A stretch of 64,000 nucleotides of DNA from assembly GCA_035445085.1 (NCBI GenBank), contig DAOMQA010000004.1, positions 86,788 to 150,787 on the forward strand, in the 5' to 3' direction. Shown one piece after another: positions 1 through 9,021 of the stretch. Positions within the stretch are counted from its first letter, which is position 1. Each line of letters begins with the position of its first letter. The DNA comes from Candidatus Kapaibacterium sp. GTDB lineage: Bacteria; Bacteroidota; Ignavibacteria; Kapaibacteriales; UBA2268. Made by a program: the position numbers and the translations under genes. A model generated the notes under the pieces. That model made no database searches. It was not told the DNA's origin and worked only from the letters and a program-made list of their open reading frames with translations.

Positions 1-953
1 TTTATTATCCCAATAATACCAGCCATAGCTATTGCACCTACGCCTATCGGTCTTACAAACTGCCTAAATATATCATCGGGCGACATCGATGCAAAGAAAT
101 TTACACCACCTTGCCCAGCACTTATTTCGCCAATAGAATTTATTAGAGGTATCAGTACAATCCAAGATAGTAGAGAACCAACAGTAATAATAGTAGAAAA
201 TTTTAGCCCAACTAAGTAGCCAAAACTAAAAATTAAAGAGCTAATATTTAATTTTAATACAATTTTAGATTTATCGGCTAAAGTAGCTCCAATAGGTATA
301 ATCTTGGAAGTAATTACATCAGCCCATAACTTAAATGATGTAAACATAAAATCAAATAAGCCGCCAATTAAACCACTAACAATTAATATCCCTGCTTGCT
401 TCCCACCTTTTTCACCCGTTATCAAAATTTCTGTTGTTGCTGTTGCTTCAGGAAATGGGAATTTGCCATGCATATCCTTAACAAAGTACTTTCTAAATGG
501 GATTAAAAATAAAATACCTAAGAAACCACCAAGTAAAGATGAAAAGAATATTTGCCAGAAGTTTACTTGGATTTCAGGATATTTGTATTGTAAAATATAT
601 AAACCCGGTATTGTAAAAATTGCACCGGCAACTATTACACCACTACTAGCTCCAATTGACTGGATAATTACATTTTGCCCTAAAGCATTTTTCTTCTTGA
701 AAAATGAGGAAGCTCCAACTGCTATAATAGATATGGGAATTGCTGCCTCGAATACTTGCCCAATTTTTAATCCTGAAAAGGCAGCTGCTGCTGAAAATAT
801 TATTGCCATAAGCAAGCCCATTCCCACAGACCAAGGTGTAATCTCTGGTACATTTGTATTAGCAGGCATTACCGGATGATATTCTTCACCAACGTTTAGT
901 TCCCGATACGCATTCTCAGGCAAATTTGACTGTCCATTTGTATTGTGTTCCAT
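1..953 (-). CDS. OPT family oligopeptide transporter (N-terminal part; continues beyond the window start)
   Basis: Own minus-strand translation from the ATG at 953..951 gives MEHNTNGQSNLPENAYRELNVGEEYHPVMPANTNVPEITPWSVGMGLLMAIIFSAAAAFSGLKIGQVFEAAIPISIIAVGAS.... The frame stays open to position 1 (FVRPIGVGAIAMAGIIGII at the edge) and shows a typical OPT-family N-terminus with multiple TM helices. It is absent from the ORF track because no stop lies within the window. The +191 aa ORF at 304..879 is its shadow. Confidence 0.6.
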   Translation of the reverse strand, partial: MEHNTNGQSNLPENAYRELNVGEEYHPVMPANTNVPEITPWSVGMGLLMAIIFSAAAAFSGLKIGQVFEAAIPISIIAVGASSFFKKKNALGQNVIIQSIGASSGVIVAGAIFTIPGLYILQYKYPEIQVNFWQIFFSSLLGGFLGILFLIPFRKYFVKDMHGKFPFPEATATTEILITGEKGGKQAGILIVSGLIGGLFDFMFTSFKLWADVITSKIIPIGATLADKSKIVLKLNISSLIFSFGYLVGLKFSTIITVGSLLSWIVLIPLINSIGEISAGQGGVNFFASMSPDDIFRQFVRPIGVGAIAMAGIIGII

Positions 954-966
954 ATAGTTCCAATTA

Positions 967-2226
967 TTATTTATTTATTGATTTTTCTAACCATACTTTA
1001 GATAGCTCTAAAATTGTCTCAACAGATACTTGCAAGAAGTCAATAGAAACCCATTCAGTTTTGCTATGAAAATTCTGACCACCTGTATATATGTTTGGTG
1101 TAGGCAATCCCATAGCCGTAAGGCGTGAACCATCAGTTCCTCCACGTATTGGACTCCAATATGGATTCGCTCCTACCCTTTCGCATGCTTCCCATAAATA
1201 ATCTAAGCCATGCGGTTGACTTTCTAAATCATCTAACATATTTCTATAATATTCTACAATTTCCATTTCTATACGAGTTTTTGGATGATTAGCTTGCACT
1301 TTATCTACAATCCCTTGCATTATACTTTTTTGTGTATCTAACCCTTCAGTTTTAAAATCTCTAAATAAAATTTGTAATTCTGATTTATCAATTGTACCTG
1401 TAACTTTGTGAGGATGTATATAAGGTTGATAGCCATCAGTAGTTTCAGGGGCCATATCACGAGGCATAAGTGCAATAATATCAGCTATAGCTCTAATTGA
1501 GTTTATCATTATATCTTTAGCATAGCCAGGGTGAATATCCCTACCATATGCTCTAATAATACATGCATTAGCACTAAAAGTTTCTTTATTGATTTCTCCA
1601 GGCATCTCGCCATCAATTGTATAAGCGTATTCGCAATTAAACTTTTCTACGTCAAAAAAGTTTGCACCGCGCCCTATTTCTTCGTCAGGAGTAAAACCAA
1701 TTCTTATATCACCATGTAAAATATCTTTATTTTTTATCAAATGACTAACTGCCGTCATAATTGCAGTTACACCAGATTTGTCATCAGAACCCAATAGAGT
1801 AGTTCCATCTGTAGTTATAATCGTATGGCCAATACATCTTGAAAGTGTCTTATTTTCACTCATTCTGATAACAACACTATTATCAGCAGGCAAAACTATA
1901 TCCCCACCTTGATAACTTTCAATTATTTGTGGTTGTACATTAGTACCACTCGAGTCTGGTGAAGTATCTACGTGCGCTATAAAGCCTATTTGGGGTACTT
2001 TCCCATAAGCTGGATGATCGTTGGGTATATTAGATGGTAGTGTAGCATATACATAACATTTATCGTTAATTTCTGCATCGACAATACCCATTTCTTTTAA
2101 TTCTTTAACTAACAAATTTGCTAAGTCAAATTGTTTTTGAGTAGAAGGAGTGCTTTGACTGTCAGGGTCTGACTGTGTATCAATCTTAACATATCTGACT
2201 AACCTATCAATAATTTCTGATTTCAT
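967..2226 (-). CDS. pepT: Peptidase T (tripeptide aminopeptidase, M20B family)
   Basis: 419-aa ORF. The N-terminus MKSEIIDRLVRYVKIDTQSDP, the HVDTSPD metal-binding motif, and GSDDKSG / TPDEEIG are characteristic of PepT and M20 peptidases. Confidence 0.88.
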   Translation of the reverse strand: MKSEIIDRLVRYVKIDTQSDPDSQSTPSTQKQFDLANLLVKELKEMGIVDAEINDKCYVYATLPSNIPNDHPAYGKVPQIGFIAHVDTSPDSSGTNVQPQIIESYQGGDIVLPADNSVVIRMSENKTLSRCIGHTIITTDGTTLLGSDDKSGVTAIMTAVSHLIKNKDILHGDIRIGFTPDEEIGRGANFFDVEKFNCEYAYTIDGEMPGEINKETFSANACIIRAYGRDIHPGYAKDIMINSIRAIADIIALMPRDMAPETTDGYQPYIHPHKVTGTIDKSELQILFRDFKTEGLDTQKSIMQGIVDKVQANHPKTRIEMEIVEYYRNMLDDLESQPHGLDYLWEACERVGANPYWSPIRGGTDGSRLTAMGLPTPNIYTGGQNFHSKTEWVSIDFLQVSVETILELSKVWLEKSINK

Positions 2227-2370
2227 ATTATTCCAAAAATTTGAAAAACATTAAACTCTAAGTTAATTAAAAGTTTTTAGATTAACAAAAAATATTACTC
2301 AATTGTAGTATTTACCGCAAATATTCTAATTTTATATTATTTTTGAATATAGTAACTATATGGTATTAAA

Positions 2371-3276
2371 TTGGAATCTTGGAAAGCCGAATCAGCTTTA
2401 TTTGTAGTAACAATAATTTGGGGCGCTACATTTCTTTTAACAAAAATTGGATTAGATGGAACTACTCCATCAATTTTTCTATTATTAAGATTATCATTAG
2501 CATTACTCATCAGCTTAATATTTTTTGGTAAGTACTTATTACGCTTAAACAAGACAATACTTGCTCAAGGGACGGTCTTAGGCTTGTTGTTTGGTGTGGG
2601 CTTTTTATTGCAAACGTATGGATTAAAATTCACGTCGGTATCAAAAACAGCTTTTATCACTGGTATTACGGTCGTAATAACTCCTTTTGTATATTTTTTA
2701 GTCAAAAAGAAAGCAATAGGAAGATGGGCTAAAGTTGGTGTAATTATAGCATCAATTGGTTTATATATCTTCACTAAACCAGATTTCGATAATTTGAACA
2801 TAGGAGATATTTTAACTTTACTTTCAACAATTATGTGGGCTTTCTATATTACCCTGATGGACACTTTTACAAAGGGGAAAAGCGGAATGGCTTTAACTTC
2901 CAACTTAGTAATATTACAATTTTTTATTTCTACATTATTATTTATTATATCGTTCTTTTTATTTGATTTTAATAACTATAAGCTCGTGATTAGTAATTCT
3001 TTATTAATTGCAGTCGCTTTTAATGGGATTTTGGCATCGTTTGCTGTTTCGTTTATACATACTGCCTTTCAGAGATACACAACGCCAGTAAAGGCAGCGC
3101 TAATCTTTTCGTTAGAACCATTATTTGCTGGGACATTTGCTATTATCTTTATAAACGAAATTTTATCAACAAGAGAGTATATTGGTGGTGGCATACTATT
3201 TATAGGTGTAATGATTTCTGAATTAGGTGTATTTTTAGAACCATTACTAAAAAAGATGAAGATACTAAATTCTTAA
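2371..3276 (+). CDS. EamA/DMT family permease (two EamA repeats, about 10 TM helices)
   Basis: 301-aa polytopic membrane protein with duplicated EamA-like halves (TIIWGATFLLTK... / TLLSTIMWAFYITLM...). It uses a TTG start because an in-frame stop lies at 2353. Confidence 0.65.
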   Translation: MESWKAESALFVVTIIWGATFLLTKIGLDGTTPSIFLLLRLSLALLISLIFFGKYLLRLNKTILAQGTVLGLLFGVGFLLQTYGLKFTSVSKTAFITGITVVITPFVYFLVKKKAIGRWAKVGVIIASIGLYIFTKPDFDNLNIGDILTLLSTIMWAFYITLMDTFTKGKSGMALTSNLVILQFFISTLLFIISFFLFDFNNYKLVISNSLLIAVAFNGILASFAVSFIHTAFQRYTTPVKAALIFSLEPLFAGTFAIIFINEILSTREYIGGGILFIGVMISELGVFLEPLLKKMKILNS

Positions 3277-5097
3277 AAATTTTTGATAAAATTGCTCACT
3301 ATTTAGTTTTGTATAAATTCTCGCTCCGTTTGGTGCAATTAATTTATGTTCACATTTCTTTAAATTTATTATGAGTGCCTTCATCTCTTCAATACTTAGT
3401 ACTTGCCCGACCTTGATAGCTAAGGTATTAGAAATTTCTTTATATATATTATCTACAATATCTAAATTAATAATATTAGGTAATTGAATTAACTGGATAA
3501 CTAAATCATTCAAAACTTCACTTTCTTTGCCTTCAGATATTAGTGATGGGATTTCATAAAAGCAAAGTTTACTATCTATTTTAAAATAAAAGCCAGCTTT
3601 ATTCAATAATTCTAAATTTTCCTTAAAAAAAGGCTTATCTTCAATGGATATATCAATATTGATTGGAAATAATAATTTATTGGTCTCAAACTTGATACTG
3701 TTAGACTTTAATGAATCATAAATTATTCTCTTATGCGTAGAATTTTGCTCATAAATTTCTAATTCATTATTAAATTCATTTATAATATATCTATTTAATA
3801 ACTGATATACCTTTCCAATTGGATTATCTATAATAACTTCTTGCTTGTTTGAGAAAATCAAATCAAAAGCAGAATTTAGTTGATTATTTTGATAAAGTAA
3901 TCTTGATTTTTCATCTTCTTGGTAATTATCAATTTTTTGATAACTAGTAGAATTATAATTTTTCTTTAAATTATCATAAGCTCTATTAGGCGTTGTATCT
4001 AAAATTTCTCCTGTAACCTTATTCACTTCAATAAATTCATTATCGAGCTGTATATTGATAAATGGAGACGTTATATTTATTTCATTTAAGTCCGGAATAA
4101 AATGTTTATTGAATAAAGCAGAACTAACAACATCTTTTAAAGTATTATATATAAACCTCTCTTCTTCAAATTTTACTTCATTCTTTTGAGGGTGTATATT
4201 AATATCTATTTTTTTGTAATCTACAGTTAAATTAATAATGAAAAATGGTTTCTGATTCCTATCTAATATCTTTTCATATACAGAGTTAATTGAGTGAGCT
4301 AAAGTTGGTGAAAATATAGCTCTTCGATTTAAAAAAAAATATTGTCCACTCCTATTTTGTTTTGCAAGCTCAGGTCCACCAATATAACCATTTATTTCAA
4401 GTCGTTCATCTTTATAGCTTATAGGAATTAATTTATTGCTAATTTGTGAGCCTAAGATTTCATTTATCCTATTAAATAAATCTGTTGCTTTTACATCAAA
4501 AATCAGAACATTATCATCATAAAAAGTAAATCTAATTTCTGGATAACTTAAAGCAAATTTTATCATTGTATCAGAGATATACTTAAACTCCGTCATATCT
4601 GATTTGAGAAATTTGCGTCTGGCTGGAACATTATAAAATAAATTTCTTATAAATATTTGCGTTCCCTTATCTGCATTAAAGGGATTAATAAGTTCGTCTT
4701 TCAATGGTTCGGAAATTAATTGCCAACCGAACTCAGAGCCTGATTGTTTAGTTCTAATTTCAACATTTGCAACAGAACAAACAGACGCTAAGGCTTCTCC
4801 CCTAAATCCAAAAGTTTTAATTTGCTCTAAGTCTTCAGAAGTAAATACTTTGCTTGTTGCATGCCTTCTAATAGATAACTTCAAATCTTCTTTATTCATA
4901 CCTTGTCCATTATCTACGATATGAATAAGTTTTTTACCAGATTGCTTTACTATTACAACTATAGAATCAGCACCCGCATCTATAGAATTTTCTACTAATT
5001 CCTTAACAACAGATTCGGGTCTTTGTACAACCTCCCCTGCTGCAATTTGATTAGCAATAAATTCTGGCAGTACTCTAATTTTATTTTCTATCATCAA
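3265..5097 (-). CDS. mutL: DNA mismatch repair protein MutL
   Basis: N-terminal GHKL ATPase motifs (IAAGEVVQRPESVVKELVENSIDAGA, DNGQGM, FGFRGEAL). 610 aa, with a C-terminal dimerisation region. Confidence 0.92.
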   Translation of the reverse strand: MMIENKIRVLPEFIANQIAAGEVVQRPESVVKELVENSIDAGADSIVVIVKQSGKKLIHIVDNGQGMNKEDLKLSIRRHATSKVFTSEDLEQIKTFGFRGEALASVCSVANVEIRTKQSGSEFGWQLISEPLKDELINPFNADKGTQIFIRNLFYNVPARRKFLKSDMTEFKYISDTMIKFALSYPEIRFTFYDDNVLIFDVKATDLFNRINEILGSQISNKLIPISYKDERLEINGYIGGPELAKQNRSGQYFFLNRRAIFSPTLAHSINSVYEKILDRNQKPFFIINLTVDYKKIDINIHPQKNEVKFEEERFIYNTLKDVVSSALFNKHFIPDLNEINITSPFINIQLDNEFIEVNKVTGEILDTTPNRAYDNLKKNYNSTSYQKIDNYQEDEKSRLLYQNNQLNSAFDLIFSNKQEVIIDNPIGKVYQLLNRYIINEFNNELEIYEQNSTHKRIIYDSLKSNSIKFETNKLLFPINIDISIEDKPFFKENLELLNKAGFYFKIDSKLCFYEIPSLISEGKESEVLNDLVIQLIQLPNIINLDIVDNIYKEISNTLAIKVGQVLSIEEMKALIINLKKCEHKLIAPNGARIYTKLNSEQFYQKFLRI

Positions 5098-5180
5098 AAA
5101 ATACTTTTATAAAACACAAATATTTCAGATTTAAAATTAAGTTAAATAATTGACTTAGTAAAGAAATAATATCAATAAAA

Positions 5181-5205
5181 ATAAAAAAAGCCGATTTTCA
5201 TCGGC
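5181..5205 (-). terminator. Rho-independent terminator downstream of tRNA-Phe
   Basis: On the minus strand, a GCCGA-TGAAAA-TCGGC hairpin is followed by a T7 tract (plus-strand A-run 5183..5189), immediately 3' of the tRNA. Confidence 0.55.
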
Positions 5206-5210
5206 TTCTG

Positions 5211-5283
5211 TGGTTGGAGAGGGAATTGAACCCCCGACACAAGGATTTTCAGTCCTTTGCTCTACCAACTGAGCTACCCAACC
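5211..5283 (-). tRNA. tRNA-Phe (anticodon GAA)
   Basis: The reverse complement gives GGTTGGGTAGCTCAGTTGGTAGAGCAAAGGACTGAAAATCCTTGTGTCGGGGGTTCAATTCCCTCTCCAACCA. It has a 73-nt cloverleaf with a 7-bp acceptor stem, GCTC/GAGC D-stem, anticodon loop CTGAAAA, TTCAATT T-loop and discriminator A. CCA is not encoded. Confidence 0.92.
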
Positions 5284-5294
5284 GATAGAGATTA

Positions 5295-5326
5295 CAAAAG
5301 TAGGCAATAATCACATTACTACCAAA
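5295..5326 (-). promoter_or_regulatory. Candidate FCB/Bacteroidota-type promoter (TTTG-N20-TAcTTTTG) for tRNA-Phe
   Basis: On the minus strand: aaaTTTGgtagtaatgtgattattgccTACTTTTGtaatctctatc followed by the tRNA 5' end. This matches the -33 TTTG / -7 TAnnTTTG pattern. Confidence 0.3.
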
Positions 5327-5334
5327 TTTATTTT

Positions 5335-7773
5335 TTAAAAATCATCATTTTGTTGATTATTTTCGTCAGGCGATCTTCTCTCTTTTTGCTTAATGCCTTG
5401 ATTTATCTTATATTGAATACCTAAAGAAATAAATTGAGTCATTCTTTTCATATCAAAATTATAAGTAAAACCCGGTCCAGAAGATACTTGATAGAACTTT
5501 TGAGTATCAAAAATATCACTTGCTCTCAATGACAAAGATAAATCTTCTAAAATGTCATATCTTAGTCCAGCATCTACTGAGTAACTTTCTGACCTTGAGC
5601 CTTGGGCCGTTACTGTAGGTGCAGTATAATATCCAGAAACCTGAAGATTAAATTGTTTACTTAAAAGCATATTAAACGATAGTCTTGATGACCAAGTATA
5701 GTCTTGTCTTGATTCTCTGCTCGCATCTATACCTTCAATTTTATAATTATAATACGATATATCACCGTTAAAACGCATCCATTTAAATATAGGACCGTTT
5801 AAATTCAATTCTATACCATAAGATTGGCTTTTAGCCATATTTTCCCAAGTAGATAGTATTACAGAATCAGAAATCATCTTTTGGTATCTTTCCATTACAT
5901 TATCTGTAAATCTATAAAATAACCCTGGATTTATTGCAATACCTCCAATATTATGAATAGTCCCTAATTCAAATAAATTTGAATATTCTGGCTTCAAATT
6001 GGGGTTACCAGACCTAATAGTGTAAATATCAGTATAATCCGTCCATGGGTTAAGTGACCAGCCACGAGGTCGCGTGATTCTCTGACTATAGTTTGCTTGA
6101 ACTTGGAGAGCGGGGCTAAACTTATAGCTAATATTAGCACTTGGAAATAAGTTAAAGTAAGTTTGACTATTTACCATACCTTTATTTGTTAAATCGCCAA
6201 TAATATTTGAATTTTCGGCTCTCAAACCAGCTTGTAGAAACAACGCATTAAAATCAGCTGACAAAATGAAATATCCCGCCATTATATTCTCATTATATTC
6301 ATAATAATTTTTCCGTGCTGTGTCTGACTGCCAATTACCACTAATTTGATTATTATAATCAAATTTAGTATCCCTAACTACTGATGAAGCTCTAATACCT
6401 GATTCAATTTTAAAATTTTCATTAAACTTATTACTATAATCTATTTGATATACTATAGATTTATCTTTTTCAATACTAATTGATTTTTCTAATGCATTAT
6501 TTAATGGATCGTAGCTTAAATATTGATCGTAATCAGTAAATTCGTCGTCATTTGAAGTAGAATAAAACAAATCACTTGTTAAATAATGCTCTTTATCAAA
6601 ATTGAGCCTATAGTTAGCAGAAAAATCAAAATTAGGGCTATGGCTATCCTCATAAGAAGATCGCCTTACTGTATCTATGTTTGGTGAAACCACATAGCTT
6701 TGGTTAGTTAAAGTATAGCCTCTCACATCAGCAAATCGAGGTCTGTACGAACCGCTTATTATTAGGCTTTGATTTTTATCTAGATTCCACTCAAAACCTG
6801 CTTTTACATTATGCATAAGCATTGCCCTATTTCTATCAGAAGTTTGAAACAATAATGAAGTGTCATTAACGGCGGGTAGTTGCGTAACTCTATTAGAAGT
6901 TCCACCCATTCCCCAAATAAACCTATTGAATGAATAAGAAGCGAAAAGATTTATCCCATTTACTTTATAATTTAAATTTAATGAAGATGAATATCTATCT
7001 TGTGTTCCAATATTAATATTAACCAAGCCATTAAGTCCAGAGTCTCTTTCTTCTTTTAAAACAATATTCAAGATACCTGTTGCCCCTTCCGCTTCATACT
7101 TTGCAGATGGATTAGTAATAATTTCTATATGGTCTATAATATCGGCTGGCAATTGTTCTAATGCAGACGAACCACCCCCTAAAAATGTAGTTGGTTTACC
7201 ATTGATAAGAATATTTACATTCCCTGAACCTCTTAGTGCAACATTGCCATCAATATCTACATTTACAGATGGGGCATTCTTAAGAACGTCTAAAGCATTC
7301 CCACCTTTTGAAGCAATGTCTTGGTCTACATTTATTACTCTTTTGCCAGATTGAAATTGAATGACATCTTTATCTGCTGTTATAGTAATTTCATCTGTCA
7401 ATTGTGATGTTTGATTTAATTCGATTGTCCCAAAATTATATGTAGGCTTAGACGAAGAAATAGTGAATGATTCGATGAATAGTTGTTGATAACCAACATA
7501 ATTAATTCTTAACAAATATTTACCACTATGAATTTTTTCTATCAGTAAATTCCCATGCTCATCAGTATACGCTCCCCCAGCAATCGTGGAATCTTTTTGT
7601 CTTAGCAAAGTTGCACTGGCTCTTGTTAAACCCTGCTTTGTATCGCCATCTATAATTCTTCCTTTGATTTCGCCACTTTTAAAATCTTCATTTCTATTAG
7701 TTTGTGAGTATAAAACTGTTGTTAGACATATAAATAGCACATAACTTGCTATCCAAAATTTTGTAAATCTCAT
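5335..7773 (-). CDS. TonB-dependent receptor-like outer-membrane beta-barrel protein with an N-terminal carboxypeptidase-regulatory-like domain
   Basis: 812 aa. Signal peptide, then a CarbopepD_reg-like segment (GEIKGRIIDGDTKQGL...GKYLLRINYVGYQQ), a plug-like region and a long beta-strand-rich barrel ending in a C-terminal aromatic residue (…NDDF). Confidence 0.75.
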   Translation of the reverse strand: MRFTKFWIASYVLFICLTTVLYSQTNRNEDFKSGEIKGRIIDGDTKQGLTRASATLLRQKDSTIAGGAYTDEHGNLLIEKIHSGKYLLRINYVGYQQLFIESFTISSSKPTYNFGTIELNQTSQLTDEITITADKDVIQFQSGKRVINVDQDIASKGGNALDVLKNAPSVNVDIDGNVALRGSGNVNILINGKPTTFLGGGSSALEQLPADIIDHIEIITNPSAKYEAEGATGILNIVLKEERDSGLNGLVNINIGTQDRYSSSLNLNYKVNGINLFASYSFNRFIWGMGGTSNRVTQLPAVNDTSLLFQTSDRNRAMLMHNVKAGFEWNLDKNQSLIISGSYRPRFADVRGYTLTNQSYVVSPNIDTVRRSSYEDSHSPNFDFSANYRLNFDKEHYLTSDLFYSTSNDDEFTDYDQYLSYDPLNNALEKSISIEKDKSIVYQIDYSNKFNENFKIESGIRASSVVRDTKFDYNNQISGNWQSDTARKNYYEYNENIMAGYFILSADFNALFLQAGLRAENSNIIGDLTNKGMVNSQTYFNLFPSANISYKFSPALQVQANYSQRITRPRGWSLNPWTDYTDIYTIRSGNPNLKPEYSNLFELGTIHNIGGIAINPGLFYRFTDNVMERYQKMISDSVILSTWENMAKSQSYGIELNLNGPIFKWMRFNGDISYYNYKIEGIDASRESRQDYTWSSRLSFNMLLSKQFNLQVSGYYTAPTVTAQGSRSESYSVDAGLRYDILEDLSLSLRASDIFDTQKFYQVSSGPGFTYNFDMKRMTQFISLGIQYKINQGIKQKERRSPDENNQQNDDF

Positions 7774-8036
7774 AAAATATTCTTAATAATTATTAAATTG
7801 CGTTAATATAATACTATATAGACGAGTAAAAAGTTACAATATATTTAAAAAATTACAGAATTTTCATTTTATTCTTGATATTTGTTCTTACAAATATTGC
7901 TTTTATATCATTGAGTATTAGAAATTCTAATTAGCTTTTATTATATATTTTTTTTAACTTTGTAATTCAATTTTATGATATTACAAAATAAGATAAATAA
8001 TAAGTAATAATTAACACTTTAAATATATTACATAGA

Positions 8037-9020
8037 GTGAATTTAAGTAAACAGCAATTTCAACAATTAAAAAAAATTTGTATCATTAGAACTGATAAAC
8101 TTGGTGATATGGTTCTAACATTACCAATGTTTCGCATCATCAAATATATCAACCCACAAGTACAGACAATATTAATATGCTCTATTTATGTAAGTCCATT
8201 AGTAGAAGGTATTGAGTTTGTTGATAAAATATATTATATAGAAGAGACTACAATTAAAGAAATCAACAAAATTGAAAATATTGATTTAATTTTTTTCCCC
8301 AGAGCTGAATTCAGTGAGATTTGGCAGTCTTATATTTCTGGGATTAAATATCGAGTTGGTACAGCATATAGATTATATAGCTTTTTATATACTATTAAAA
8401 TAAAGGATCATAGAAAAGTATCAAAATTTCACGAAGCAGAATATAATTTAAGAATGATTAGCCAAATTACGAATGAAACATATCATGTAAATCTTGTAGC
8501 TCCTCAAATTAATATAAAAGATACTATTTACCCAAGTTTTAATGATAATAAGCAATTAATAATCCTTCACCCAGGCAGCAACGGCTCTGCAAAAGATATA
8601 ACATCAGAAACGTGGCGTATCGTAATAAATAAGCTATTATCTATGAATTTTCGCCTAATAATTACTGGATTAGAAAAAGAAAAAGAGTTGTGCGATAGTT
8701 TAGCTAATCAATCCGACGAAATTATTAACTTTTGCGGTAAATTATCTTTAAAAGAGACAATAGCTCTAATAAGTCGATGTAATTGCTTAATTGCAAATTC
8801 TACGGGTATCATACATATTGCTGCTTCCTTAAATATAGCAACAATTGGTTTTTACCCTAATACTCCCCACATAGGTGCTGCCAGATGGGGTCCATATAAT
8901 AAAAAGACACTCATAGTTAGTCCCAAGCATGGAGACGATATGTCTTTAATTGATAGTGAGATGGTAGAAAGTGCTATCAATCAAATTACTAAAATTATGA
9001 ATGAGACGGATATTTGTTAA
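8037..9020 (+). CDS. Glycosyltransferase family 9 (LPS heptosyltransferase-like)
   Basis: GT9 hallmarks IIRTDKLGDMVLTLPM, ILHPGSNGSAKD, NSTGIIHIAASL. GTG start. Confidence 0.72.
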   Translation: MNLSKQQFQQLKKICIIRTDKLGDMVLTLPMFRIIKYINPQVQTILICSIYVSPLVEGIEFVDKIYYIEETTIKEINKIENIDLIFFPRAEFSEIWQSYISGIKYRVGTAYRLYSFLYTIKIKDHRKVSKFHEAEYNLRMISQITNETYHVNLVAPQINIKDTIYPSFNDNKQLIILHPGSNGSAKDITSETWRIVINKLLSMNFRLIITGLEKEKELCDSLANQSDEIINFCGKLSLKETIALISRCNCLIANSTGIIHIAASLNIATIGFYPNTPHIGAARWGPYNKKTLIVSPKHGDDMSLIDSEMVESAINQITKIMNETDIC

Positions 9021-9021
9021 T

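Noticed and set aside
304-879. 191-aa plus-strand ORF with a low-complexity, Pro/Ile-rich translation
   Set aside because: It lies entirely inside, and antisense to, the OPT transporter coding frame. The OPT frame has a convincing membrane-protein translation that runs off the window edge. This one is a shadow ORF.
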